This document shows positions 12,665 through 25,344 of a stretch of 64,000 nt of DNA, one piece after another. Location of the stretch: NCBI RefSeq assembly GCF_036365525.1, contig NC_090404.1, forward strand, positions 10,416,001 to 10,480,000, read 5' to 3'. Source of the DNA: Heterodontus francisci. Taxonomy: Eukaryota. The position numbers and the translations under genes were made by a program. The notes beneath the pieces were generated by a model. That model was not told the DNA's origin. It did no database searches and saw nothing but the letters and a program-made list of their open reading frames with translations. The first letter of the stretch is position 1, and each line of letters begins with the position of its first letter.

Positions 12665-12931
12665 CGTATCGCTGTGTGCCTGCAATTCCCACTAAATGCA
12701 GGATTTTGTACAGCTCTCTCCGTGCTCTGCATCACTGCCTGTAATTCCCAGACTGTTCACGTTTTCGTACAGCTCTCTCCGTGCTTTGGATCACTGTGTG
12801 TCTGAAATTTCCCCCATGTTCAGGTTTTTGTACAGCTCTCTCCGTGCTCTGTATCACTGTCCATCTGAAATCTCTACCATGTTCAGGTTTCTATACAGCT
12901 TTCTCTGCTCTGTATCACTGTGAATCTCTAC
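12665..12931 (-). repeat. Distal, decayed part of the - strand RSS array (about 5 units)
   Basis: Same unit consensus; heptamer positions about 12670, 12733, 12792, 12855, 12916; several with mutated heptamer, nonamer or spacer length. Confidence 0.85.
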
Positions 12932-12959
12932 GGATCACCGTTTGCAGTAAGGGTGGCAC

Positions 12960-15900
12960 AGCGTGCAGACTTCGCCCGAGTGAGACGTAGTCAGAGTGCA
13001 ACGTTTGGTATTTGGTTCACGTGGGAATTTGGTGCACAGGAAAAAGAAGAATTGACGTGTGACGTTCCAGCGAAGAAGGTAAGCGATTGGTTGGTGAGAA
13101 TTTTCACTTTCTCTTTTATCTAAATAAAAGAATGTTAATTGCAGTTAGTGTAATATTAATTGGAATAATAAGAAGAAGAATATTCTGAGATACAGAAAAT
13201 TTACAGGTCAGGTTTTATTAGTGGCAGTAAGGTTTACCAGCAGGAATAAGGTTTCGTCGTAGTGAGGTTTATTATTTATAAATTAATTACGGAAAATAAA
13301 TTTACACGTCATGTAGGTTGCAGGGCAGGTGATGTGATCCGGCTGCAGTCTGTAGGGGCTAATGAACGCCACTAAAATCCACGGCAAACACGTCTCCGGC
13401 TCAAGGAGCATCGATTCAGAGTCAATGAGCTGAGGACCGAGCTGCAGACACTGCACGGCATCAGGGAGGGGGAAGCTTCCTGGACTCTTTGTTCCAGAAG
13501 GCAGTCACATCACTTAGGATAGGGTCTTCTGATTTGGTCAGAGGTCAGGCACAGGAGGGTGCGACTGCGATTGAGGATGGTAAGGGAATCAAGAAGGCAG
13601 AAGTGGAGGAGCGTCAACCCTTGCAATTGTCCATTAGGTTTGAGATTCTTTCAGCTGGTATGGATGAGAGCGAGGGCTGCAGGGTGGATGTGCAAAACTG
13701 ACCATGGTATCGTGACACAGGAAGCCATTCAAGTGGGGGGAGTAAATAAAAATGTATTAGTAGTAGGGGACAGTATAGTCGGGGGTAGACACAGTTCTCT
13801 GCGGCCAAGAGCAAGGGTCCAGAAGGTTGTGTTGCCTGCTCAGGGCTGGAGAAAAACTTGCAGTGGGAAGCGGAGGATCCAGTTGTCGTGGTCCACGTGG
13901 GTTCCCACCACATAGATGTGACTAGGGAAGAGGTTCTGCAAAAGATGTATGAGCAGCTAGGGGTTAACTTAAAAAGTAGAACCTCAAAGGTAATAATCTC
14001 TGGGTTATTACTTGAGCCACGAGCAAATTGGTGCAGAGTAAATAGATCAGAAATTTAAATGCGTGGCTCAAACATTGGTGCAGGAGAAATGGGGTTCGAT
14101 CCATTGGCACCGGCACCAGTACTGGGGAAAGTGGGAGCTGTACTGTTTGGGACTCTCTTCACCTGAACCGTGCTGGGACGAGTATTCTGGCGAGTCGTAT
14201 AAATAGGGAAGTAGAGAGGGCTTTAAACTAAATAGTGAGGACGACGGATCAAGTGTGCGAATGAGTGATAATTTCGAGAGAGAAAGGAGAAGGTGAGATC
14301 GCAAAACGGGTAATGATAATCAGAGTATGGCAGGAACGGACAGAGCGTACAAACTTAAGAGTGCGCCAGCAGATAAGGCTAGAGGTTGGAAACTAACAGT
14401 GGTGGGGAGGGTTCGGTGAGGACAGACTTAGAAATCGAAAGAGAAAGGTTGAGAAATCGGAACTGTATAGCTTTGTGGGTAAAGACAAGCAGAATGGGAC
14501 AGGAAGGGACAGAAAGTTTACCAAAAATTGTACATCAGCGAATAAGGTCATTGCAGGGAATAGAAGTGAAAGTGAAATTGTAAGTTCTTTATCTGAATGC
14601 GTGAAGCATCTGAAATAGATGGATGATCGAGTGGTACAGATAGAGGCCAATTATTTAGATCTAATCGCTTCTCAGAGGCATGGTTACGTGGTAATCAAGG
14701 TTGGGAATTAAATATTCCAGGAAATATTTTGGAAAGACAGACAGATGGCAAAGGAGGAGAGGTAAAGGATGACAGAAGGACATGAATGAGAAAGGATCTG
14801 GCCTCCGAAGATCATGAAGTAGAATCAGCATGGGCCGAAATTAGGAACAGCAAGATTCAGAAAACACTGGTGGGCGTAGTTTATAGTCTCCCTCTCAGTA
14901 GTTATACCTGTCTACAGAGAATTAAACATGAAATTATTGGAGCTTATAGCAAAGGCAATATAATAATTGTGGGGGATTTTAATCTTCATACAGGCTGGGA
15001 CAATGAAATTGACAAGAGTGGTCCGGAAGATGAGCTTGTAGAATTTTTTTCAGGGCAGTTTCTTGGAGCAATACATCGTGGAACTGACTAGGTATACAGC
15101 TATCTGCACTAGTATTGTGTAGTGAAGCAGGGTTCATTAGTAATGTCATAGTAAAAGATGTACTGGGAAATAGTGATCATAATACCATGTTAAGCTTAAA
15201 AGTGTCATACTCCAATCACAAACAAGAATCTTAAACGTAAACAACGCCAATTACGTAGATATTAAGGGAGAACCGGCGAAAGTAAATTGGTAAGTAGGCA
15301 AAAAGTTATGGCGGTAAATTATCAGTGGGAAACCTTTAAAGAAACTATTCAAAATGTTCAACAAAAATACATTCCATTGAAAAGCAAAAGCTCAGCAAGA
15401 ACGATCCACCCGTGGCTATCAGATTAAAAGAAGAGACTTACAATGCTGCAAAAAAGAGTAGCAAGTCTCAGGTTTGGGAGTGTTTTAGAAACCAGAAACG
15501 GGCCACCAAAAAGTTGATAAAAAAGGAAAAAAAAAAGAATATGAGAGTAAGTTAGCCAGTAGTACAAAAGACTGTAAGATCTTTCATAGGAATATAAAGA
15601 GGAAGAGAGCAGCTAAAGTAAACGTTGGTCCCTTTGAAGAAGAAAGAGGAGAAATTATCATGGGGAATGAAGAAATGGCAGAGGCATTGAACAAATAATT
15701 TGTGTCCGTCTTCAAAGTAGAAGACATAAGTTCCATACCAGAAATAGATGGCAACCTAGGGTCTAAAAACAGTGAGGAAATTGAGGAACTTAATATCAGC
15801 AGTGAAAAATTATTGGCGAAACATAAGGGCCTAAAATCTGCCAAATACCCGGGAACTGATGGCCTATACTCTTGGGTTCTAAAAACGATTGCTGCAGAGA

Positions 15901-18650
15901 CATTGGATGCGCTAGCTATGAGCTTCCAAAATTCCTCAGATTCGGGGACTGTCCCATCAGATTGGAAGTTAGCAAATGTTACAATGCTTTTCAAGAAAGG
16001 CGGGAAAGAGAAAACAATGAACCACAGGCCATATAGCCTTACATCAGTCGTTGCAAAAACGATATAATTATTATTAAGGAAGTTAAAAAAAACCACACTA
16101 TGATTAGAACAAGTCAACATGGTTTTAAAAGGAAATCCTGCTTGACAAATTTATTAGAGTTTTTTGAGGATGTCACTAGCATGGTAGATAAAGGGGAACC
16201 AGTAGATGTAGTAAAACAGGATTTTCAGAAGGCATTCGATAAGGTGCCACACAAACGGTTAATAGCCAAGGGCTCATGGACTTGGGAGTAATATATTAAC
16301 ATGTGTTGGTTAACGGATAGGAAGCAAAAAGTGGGCATGAAAGGGGCATTTTGAAGTTCGCAGGCAATGAATAGTGGAGTGCCACAAGGATCAGTGCAGG
16401 GGCCTCAGCTATTCACAATATATATTCATCACTTAGAAGAAGAGGCAGAGAGTAATGTATCTAAGTTTGCTGATGATACAAAGGTCGGTGAAACGGTTAG
16501 CTGTGAGGAGGATGTAGGGAGGCTGCAAAGAGATATAGACAGGTTAAGTGAGTGGGCAACAAGATGACAGATGGGAGAGAATGTAGGGAAGTGTGAAGTT
16601 GTTCATTTTAGTCGTAAGAATAGAAAAGCAGAATATTTTCAAAAGGTGTGAAGCTTGAAAGTATTGATGCTCAAAGAGATTTGGGTGCACTTGTAGAAGG
16701 AACAAAAAAAGTTAGCATGCAGGTGCAGCAAGAGATTAGGAAGGTAAATGGCATGTTGGACTTTATTTCTTTTTTTTATTCATTCATGGGATATGGGTGT
16801 CGCTGGCCAGGCCAGCATTTATTGCCCATCCCTAATTTCCCTTGAGAAGGTGGTGATGAGCTGCCTTCTTGAACCGCTGCAGTCCATTTGGGGTAGGTAT
16901 ACCCACAGTGCTGTTAGGAAGGGAGTTCCAGGATTTTGACCGAGCGACAGTGAAGGAACGGCGATATAGTTCCAAGTCAGGATGGTGTGTGACTTGGAGG
17001 GGAACTTGCAGGTGGCGGTGTTCCCATGCATTTGCCGTCCTTGTCCTTCTAGTTGGTAGAGGTCGCCGGTTTGGAAGGTGCTGTCTAAGGAGGCTTGCTG
17101 CATTGCTGCAGTGCACCTTGCAGATGGTACACACTGCTGCCACTGTGCGTCGGTGGTGGAGGGAGTATAAGTTTGCAGATGGGATGCCAATCAAGCGGGC
17201 TGCTTTGTCCTGGATGGTGTCGAGCTTCTTGAGTGTTGTTGGAGCTGCACCCATCCAAGCAAGTGGAAAGTATTCCATCACACTCCTGACTTGTACTTTG
17301 TAGATGGTGGACAGGCTTTTGGGAGTCCGGAGGTGAGTTACTCGCCTCAGGATTCCTAGCCTCTGACGTGCTCTTGTAGCCACGGTATTTATATGGCTAC
17401 TCCAGTTCAGTTTCTGGTCAGTGGTAGCCCCTAAGTTGTTGATAGTGGGGGATTCAGAGATGGTAATGCCATTGAATGTCAAGGGGAGATGGTTATTTTC
17501 TCTCTTGTTGGAGATGGTCATTGCCTGGCACTTGTGTGGCGCGAATGTTACTTGCCACTTATCAGCCCAAGCCTGGATATTGTCCAGGCCTTGCTGCATT
17601 TCTACACGGACTGCTTCAGTATCTGAGGAGTCAGGAATGGTGCTGAATATTGAGCAATCATCAGCGAACATCCCCACTTCTGACCTTATGATTGAAGGAA
17701 GTTCATTGATGAAGCAGCTGAAGATGGTTGGGCCTCGGACACTACCCTGAGGAACTCGTGCAGTGATGTCCTGGCGCTCAGATGATTAACCTCCAACAAC
17801 CACAACCATCTTCCTTTGCGCTAGGTATGACTCCAGCCATTGGAGGGTTTCCCCCCTGATTCCCATTGACCTCAGTTTTGCTAGGGCTCCTTGATGTCAT
17901 ACTCGGTCAACTGCTGCCTTGATGTCAAGGGCAGTCACTCTCACCTCACCTCTTGAGTTCAGCTCTTTTTTCCATGTTTGAACCAGGGCTGTAATGAGGT
18001 CAGGTTCTCAAGGAGATGACAAGGAGATTGGAGTACAGGAATAGAGACGTTTTGCTGCAATTGTACAGAGTTTTGGTGAAACCACATCTGGAGTACTGTG
18101 TACAGTTTAATTCTCCACATTTAAGGAACGATATACTTGCATTGGAGGCGGTACAGCAAAGGTTCACTAGATTGGTCCCTGGGATGAGGGTTTGTCCTAT
18201 GATGAGAGGCTGAGTAAATTGGGCCTATATTTTCTGTAGTTTAGAAGAACGGGAGGCGTTCTCATTGAAACATACAAGATTCTGAAGGAGCTGGATAGGG
18301 TAGATACTGAGCGATTGTTTCCGCTGGCTGAGGAATCCAAAATACTGGGGAACAGTCTCAGGATAAGGGGACGATTATTTCGGTCTGAGGTGAGGGAAAT
18401 TACTTCTCTCAAAGGGTCGTGAATCTTTGGAATTCTCTACCCCAGAAAGTTATGGATGCTCCATCGTTGAATACATTTGCGGCTCGGACTGAAATTTTTT
18501 TTGTCTCTCAGGGAATCAGGGCATATGGCGAATGGGCCGGAAAGTGGAATTGAAGCCCAAGATCAGCCATATCGTATTGAATGGCGAAGCAGTCTCGCGA
18601 GGATGCATGGTCTGCTCCTGCCTCTATGCCCTGTGTCCTTGTGGTCTTGT
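12960..18650 (+). mobile_element. Near-full-length decayed CR1 LINE (ORF1 esterase-like + ORF2) inserted in the - strand RSS array
   Basis: ORF1 motifs (VLVVGDSIV, PVVVVHVG), endonuclease motif (IIVGDFNL), RT motifs, 3' tail at about 18630-18650; array units on both sides. Confidence 0.88.
16768..18008 (-). mobile_element. Nested non-LTR retrotransposon 3' fragment (CR1/L2-group RT, different family)
   Basis: ORF 16832-17677 (MFADDC..WADKWQVTF..YKVQVRSVMEY); interrupts the host CR1 ORF2. Confidence 0.85.
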
Positions 18651-18657
18651 ATGATCA

Positions 18658-19509
18658 GGATTTTGTACAGCTCTCTCCGTGTTCTGTATCACTGTGTGTC
18701 TGTAATCCCCACCATGTTCAGGTTTTTATACAGCTCTCTCCGTGATCTGTATCACTGTGTGTTTGTAATCCCCACCGTGTTCAGGTTTTTGTACAGCTCT
18801 CTCCGTGTTCTGTATCACTGTGTGTCTGTAATCCCCACCTTGTTCAGGTTTTTGTACAGCTCTCTGCGTGTTCTGTATCACTGTGTGTCTGTAATCCCAC
18901 CATGTTCAGGTTTTTGTACAGCTCTCTCCGTGTTCTGTATCACTGTGTGTCTGTAATCCCACCAGGTTCAGTTTTTTGTACAACTCTCTCCGTGTTCTGT
19001 ATCACTGTGTGTCTGTAATCCCCACCTTGTTCAGGTTTTTGTACAGCTCTCTCCGTGTTCTGTATCACTGTGTGTCTGTAATCCCACCATGTTCAGGTTT
19101 TTGTACAGCTCTCTCCGTGCTCTGTATCACTGTGTGTCTGTAATCCCCACCTTGTTCAGGTTTTTGTACAGCTCTCTCCGTGTTCTGTATCACTGTGTGT
19201 CTGTAATCCCACCATGTTCAGGTTTTTGTACAGCTCTCTCCGTGTTCTGTATCACTATGTGTCTGTAATCCCACCATGTTCAGTTTTTTGTACAGCTCTC
19301 TCCGTGTTCTGTATCACTGTGTGTCTGTAATCCCCACCTTGTTCAGGTTTTTGTACAGCTCTCTCCGTGTTCTGTATCACTGTATGTCTGTAATCCCCAC
19401 CTTGTTCAGGTTTTTGTACAGCTCTCTCCGTGTTCTGTATCACTGTGTGTCTGTAATCCCACCATGTTCAGGTTTTTGTACAGCTCTCTCCGTGCACTGT
19501 ATCACTGTG
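18658..19509 (-). repeat. Tandem 23-RSS array, - strand, V-proximal part (14 units of 62-63 bp including the V-proximal RSS)
   Basis: Heptamers start (+ coordinates) at 18690, 18753, 18816, 18879, 18941, 19003, 19066, 19128, 19191, 19253, 19315, 19378, 19441, 19503. All have 23-nt spacers, most have ACAAAAACC, and 12 of 14 heptamers are CACAGTG. Confidence 0.97.
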
Positions 19510-19815
19510 CTCCACGTCGACTCAGTGCACAGTAATACACAGCTGAGTCACTCAGTTGTAGTTTGGAGATGTTTAACTGGCTGCTTTTCTCGGCAGGATT
19601 TATTGATGCAGAAATTCGTCCCCCGGCTGCGTTTTCCTTATTCTGGTCTCCTGAAGTGTGTATCTGAAGCAGGTATCTCGGAGCCTGCCCTGGGGACTGA
19701 CGGTACCAGTGTACTGTGTACTGACAGAACCCTGAATATTCGCAGCTTAAAGTAACAGTGTCACCGGCAGCAGAGGTTTGTAGAGGCGGACTCCGGGACA
19801 CCAGGGAACTGGAAT
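19510..19815 (-). CDS. Leaderless supporting TCR-delta V exon of NAR-TCR cassette 2
   Basis: Acceptor tcctgcAG at 19817-19816; (D)SSSLVSRSPPLQ..TLSCEYSGFCQYTVHWYRQ..DSAVYYCALSRRGA; close paralog of 8411-8713; consensus 23-RSS at 19509-19471. Confidence 0.9.
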
Positions 19816-20254
19816 CTGCAGGATAAAAATGTGATATTGTGATATCTTTAGTTGCTGTTTACAAGGATAAACCTGTCAATCAAGTCATTGGTTCTTCATT
19901 GGAAGCTCGTTCAAACTTCATCCACTTTAATTGGGAAATGAACAAACTAGGAGCTGCGGAGAAATTTATTTAGTCAGCGAGTTGTTCTGAGCCGGAATGC
20001 ACTGCGTGAAAAGGCGGTGGAAGCAGATTCAATAATAGCTTTCAACAGGGAATTGAATAGATAACGGAGAAGGAAGAATTGTCTATGAGGAAAGAAAAAG
20101 GCAAGTGGGACTAATTGAAAAGTTCTATCATAGATCTGGCACAGACAAGATGGACGGAATGATTTCATTTCGTGTTGCATGTTTCTATAACTTCAATTAA
20201 ATTTATGTTTCTATTTTTCTTGGTGAAAGACCAACTGTGAAAATATTTTAATAT

Positions 20255-20870
20255 AAAAGCAAAACCTGCGGATGCTGAAAATCTGAAATAAAAACAGAAA
20301 GTGCTGGAAACACTCAGCAGGTCTGGCAACATCTGTGGAGAGAGGAACAGAGTTAATGTTTCATCAGAACTAGCAAAGGTTAGAAATAGGCTTTGCACAA
20401 GTGAAAAGAGGGAGGGGGAAGAAGAACAAAAGTGAAGCTGTGTGATCGGGCAGATGGTATGAGGGAGTGAATGACAGGGATGTCACCAAACAAAGACAAA
20501 GGGAGTGGTAATACTTGCAGTAAAAGTCAAAGCATTAGTCCAGAGAGCGAGTTAACGACAGAATAATGAACAGCTCTGTCCAAATGCAAAGCCATGAAAA
20601 ACAAGTTTAGGACAGGCACATGGTTAAAAAATAAAATAAAATAAACAGTCTTGCTCTGAAATTGTTGAACTCAATGTTAAATCCAGAAGGCTGCGGAGTG
20701 CCTTATCGGAAAATGAGGGGCTATTCCTCGAGGTTGCGTTGATGCTCACTGAAGCACTGCAGCAGGCGAAGGACACAAATGTTGTCATAAGGGCAGGGTG
20801 GTGAAATAAAATGGCCAGCAACCGGAAGCTCGGGGTCATGCTTGCAGACTGAGCGGAGTGTTCTGCAAAG
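20255..20870. mobile_element. Penelope-like element fragment
   Basis: Begins with the same terminal sequence as 24310 and 21750-21879 (aaaagcaaaa..tgcggatgctg..ctcagcaggtctggca); family assignment is from recalled resemblance only. Confidence 0.45.
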
Positions 20871-23029
20871 TGTAAACATTTTAATAGTCTGCTCTCCTCA
20901 CGGAGTCAACAACCGTCTTCCAAAATATTTCGACCGAGCGTAGTCCAGTTGTGTTATATTCAACTGAGCACAGCAAGATGCAACAAAAACAGTGAGATTA
21001 TTAGCACGATTGAGTCAAGTGACGTTTACCATCTGTATTTTGAAGATCAGAGTTTAACAGAAGTTTCACCCTTCAAGGGAGCTCCTGCCTGCCTCAAACT
21101 CTGTTTGTTTATTTTTCCAAATAAGGGGCCAGTTTTGTTCTGTTGCACTTCAATATCGGATTTATATGGGGACTTCACTTTGTGCTATTTGTAGTCTTTA
21201 CTATCATGAGAACCTGTGCTGAAGTCTCTCAGTTGTCGGTTGGATTCAGTCTGTGCAGTTTCCGCAGTGGTTTTACTGTTACTGGGAACTGGCTCTTCCG
21301 GCTCTCTGACAACTTCAATTCCTTCAGCCCATTAACAAGGCTGAATTTCTCTAAGTATAATATTATACAGACTCTGCAGAACAGGAACAGGCCTTTCGAC
21401 CCAACTGGTCAATTCCAATTTTATACTCCACAGGAGTCACCTCCCACTTTCATAACCTCTTTCCATCCTGGACTCTTTCTCGCTTTATTCCTTTCCCCCT
21501 CCTGTATTTTACAAGCCTCCCCTAAAGTTCATCAATGCCACATTCCCAAACTACTCCCTGTGGCAGCTAGTTCCACGTTCTGACTACTCCCTGTGAAAAT
21601 ACATTCTTCCTAATGTCTTTGTTTGTTCTGTCTGTGAATATTTTATATTTAAAGTTCTTTCTTCTGGACTCACCGACAATTGAAAACATTTTCTCCACTT
21701 AACTTTAGAATTTTAATTATGTCCACCAGGCCTCCTCGTTGTTCCAGTTCTGATGAAATGTCACTGACCAGAAATGTTAACTGTGCATCTCTCTCCACTG
21801 ATGCTGCCAGACCTGCTGAGCATTTCCAGCACTGTCTGTTTTGATTTTAGTTTTACAGCATCTGCAGTATTTTGCTTTTATCTCCTCTTGTCTTCTCAGT
21901 TACAGAGATAAGAGCCTCAGGCTGTTCAGTCTTTCCAGATAGATGTGGGTTGCTGTTAATGTCTTTTCTCAGGGGTCTTAGAAATACAAGGTTGAGAAAA
22001 TGTCCGACCTACAATCACAGTCCGTCCGCCAGTAAAGCTCATTCCCGGCGTTTGATTCTACTTTGAGCAGCCCTGAGATCAGTGCCTTCAGACTCCTGCC
22101 TGGCCTGTGAAGTCTGGTATGTCTCTCCCTTTCGGTGAATTATTTCTTGCTGGTACTAAATGGACTTTCTTGCAGTTTGCACTCGTTCCCTCAGCTGTTC
22201 CTGTGCCTCTTTATTTTATCAAAAATTAGTTCCTCGCCCTGACTCGCTCACTGCGCAGTGTTATTTCAATTAACAGTAACCAAGGAGGTAGATGCATTCC
22301 TATCACTCATACATCAAAAAGTATTGCAGAGAATTTCACAGAATGCACAGCGGAATCAGGCCATTCGGCCGAACCAGTCAATGCCGTTGTACATACTCCA
22401 CACGAGCCACCTTACACGCGACTTCATCTCACGCTATCAAGATATCATTCCATTCTTTTGTCTCTCAAGTGTTCCTGTAGTTTTCTCTTGATTGCATTGA
22501 TCCTGTTCACCTCAACTACTTCAGGTGACAGCGAGTTACACATTCTCACCACTCTCTGAGGCTAGTCATTCCTCCTGAATTGTTTTGTGGTTCGATTGAG
22601 AACACAATATAAGAGCATGAGAGAGATGAGGAACTGCAGACCATATGAGCAATGTGGAGAGCCTAGAACTCGGGGTCAAAATCTCATTTATAGAATCATA
22701 GAACAGTTGCATCCCGAAGGAGGCCATGTGTTCCGTGGTGTCCGCGCTTGCGCGCTGAAGGAGCAATTCACCTAGTGCCTAGGAATGTGATTAAAAGAAA
22801 TTTCTTCCTTCAAGTAGTTGTGACTGTTTGAACTTCTGTAACCTAGAAGGCTGTGGATGTTCAGCCGATAACAACAACAGGTTTGGTCTCAGCAAAGCTC
22901 TCGAGAATTGCAGCAAGACATCCTTACTCCTGGCTCCAACGCCCTTGCAACAAATTCTAACATATCGACTCCCTTTCCAATTGCTTTCTGTATCTGCATG
23001 TTAACGTTCTGAGATTGCAATTCCTATCA

Positions 23030-24296
23030 GAATGGACAGGAGTATGTTTTTAGATGTGAACAGAGACAGTAGACAATAGTAATGCAGTGGATACAACTTA
23101 TCTTTTTTTGTCAGAAGGCCTTGACTTAGGTATTCCGTAACAGATTAATGAATAACGCCAGAGTCAGGGGACATGTGGAAGAATGGATTGCTAGCTGGCT
23201 TCAAGGCAAGAAGCATGGAGTGGGAGTAAAGGATAGTTATTGAGAATGTAAGAAGGTGGGAAGTATTATTCCCCAAGGATGAGTGCTGGGGCGACTACTG
23301 TAGACAATTTACATCAACAATTTTCACTAACAATTTGGACTTTGGAATCAAAAACAGATTTCCTAAATTTGTGAATGGCATAAAATCGGTGGGTGAGGGC
23401 TGGGGGGTTGGGAGAGGAAGGGGGTGGGGGGTGGGGGGTTTGTTGTCGTTGTCAGTACTGAGGAGGACTGCAAAAAATTGCAGGAGTACATTAATAAACT
23501 TGCAGAATAATTGGCCAATACATTTCAACACAGATTAATGTGAGATTGTACATTTTGGTAGGAAGAATAGAGAGGTCATTATTACTTGAAAGGTATGAGT
23601 ACAGGTGGGTTGGAGGAACAAAGGGATCTCGTAGCACAAATACACCAATCAATTAAAGTTGCACCACAGGTTAGTAAGACCGTAAAAAAAAAAGCAAACC
23701 AAGCTCAATGCTTTATTTCAAGAGGGATGGAATGGAAAAGTCGGGATGTTATGGTAAACCTGTATTGAACCTTGGTTAAACCACACTTAGAGTACTGAAT
23801 GTAGTTCTGGTCGTCTTATAATAAAAAGGAGATGGGGGCACTCGAGTGAGTGCAGAGAAGATTTACAGGGATAACACCAGAAATGCATGGGTATACATAT
23901 AAGAAAAATGATGAATAGGCCGTGTCTCTTTTTTCTTGAGAATAGAAGGGTGAGGGGTGAATTAGTAGAGGTCTTTAAAATTATGAAAGGTTTTGACAGA
24001 GTGAATGCAGACCAAATGTTTCCACTTATGGGGAAGAATATAACTAGAGACCGTCAATATAAGATAGTCACCAAGAAATCCAATAAGGAATTCAGAAGAA
24101 ACTTCTTTAATCAGAGAGTGATGAGAAGGTCGAAATTACTCCATGGGGAGTGGTTGAACCGAATAGTATAGATGTATTTAAGGAGAACTTAGACAGGCAT
24201 ATGAGGGAGACGGGAATAAAGGGTTACAATGATAGATTTAGATGTTGAAAGGCTTGAGTGGAGTATGATCGCCAGCATAGACTACTTGGGCTGATT
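23030..24296 (+). mobile_element. Degraded CR1 3' portion (inverted paralog of 3360-4640)
   Basis: ORF 23887-24171 matches ORF 3441-3776; shared G-rich insert. Confidence 0.8.
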
Positions 24297-24309
24297 GGTT
24301 TGTTTCTAT

Positions 24310-24536
24310 AAAAGCAAAATACTGCGGATGCTGGAAATCTGAAACAAAAACAAGAAATGCTGGAATCACTCAGCAGGTCTGGCAGCATCTGTGGAAAGAG
24401 AAGCAGAGTTAACGTTTCGGGTCAGTGACCCTTCTTCGGAACTCCGAAGAAGGGTCACTGACCCGAAACGTTAACTCTGCTTCTCTTTCCACAGATGCTG
24501 CCAAACCTGCTGAGTGATTCCAGCATTTCTTGTTTT
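24310..24536. mobile_element. Palindromic short insertion (Penelope-like end) with 13-bp target-site duplication
   Basis: 94-bp arms 24347-24440 and 24443-24536 with one mismatch; GGTTTGTTTCTAT duplicated at 24297-24309 and 24537-24549. Confidence 0.8.
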
Positions 24537-25344
24537 GGTTTGTTTCTATGTCGCATATACTATGTAACCCTATGTGTGTAATAATTTCACACTTTCCCGC
24601 ATTATTCTCAGCCTGCCACATTCTTGCCCAGTCACTTAACCTATCTATGTCCCTTTGCAGCGTCCTTTCACTCTCTTCACAACTTATTTTCCCATCTAGC
24701 TTTGTATGCTCAGCAAACCAGGATGTACTACACTCAGTCCCTCATCTAAGTCATTGATTTAGATTGGAAAAAGCTGAGGTCCAAACACCGATCCTTGTGT
24801 CACGCCGCTAGTTACACTCTGTCATTCCAAAAATGGTCTGTTTATTCCAACTCTGTTTTTTGTAATTTAACAAACCCTAAATGCATGGTAATGCCAATCC
24901 CAATCCCATGAGACCTAATCCTCTGCAACGACATACTATGAGGCATCTTATCGAATGTCTTTTGAAAATCGAAATATAATGCATCCACCGGCTTCTTTTT
25001 AATTACCCTTCGAGAGAAACCCCAAAAAACCAGAACATATTTGTCAAACAGGATTTCTCCTTCACAAAACCAGGTTGATTCTGCCTAATTATATTCTGAT
25101 GTTCCGATTGCCCTATTACCATGTCCCCAATGATAGATTCTAATATTGTATATATTACTGATGTCAGTTGGCCTATAGTTCCCTGTTTTCTCTCTCTCTC
25201 TCCTTTCTGGAACAACGGGTTACATTTTCTACTTTCCAATCAATGGTACCGTTCTAGAATCTAAATCATTCTCAGATCAAACCAATAAGTTCACTCTCTC
25301 TGCAGATAGCTCTTTTAAAACCTTAGGCCGAGGCAATCGGTTAC

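Noticed and set aside
18658-19509. CRISPR-like appearance of the regular repeat
   Set aside because: No unique spacers, no cas genes, vertebrate context; the unit is fully explained as an RSS plus linker.
18477-19755. Repetitive ORFs (MFRFLYSSLRVLYHCVSVIPT; IQNTERAVQKPEQGGDYRHT) as novel proteins
   Set aside because: By-products of a 63-bp repeat; frames are broken by 62-bp units and there is no splice or promoter support.
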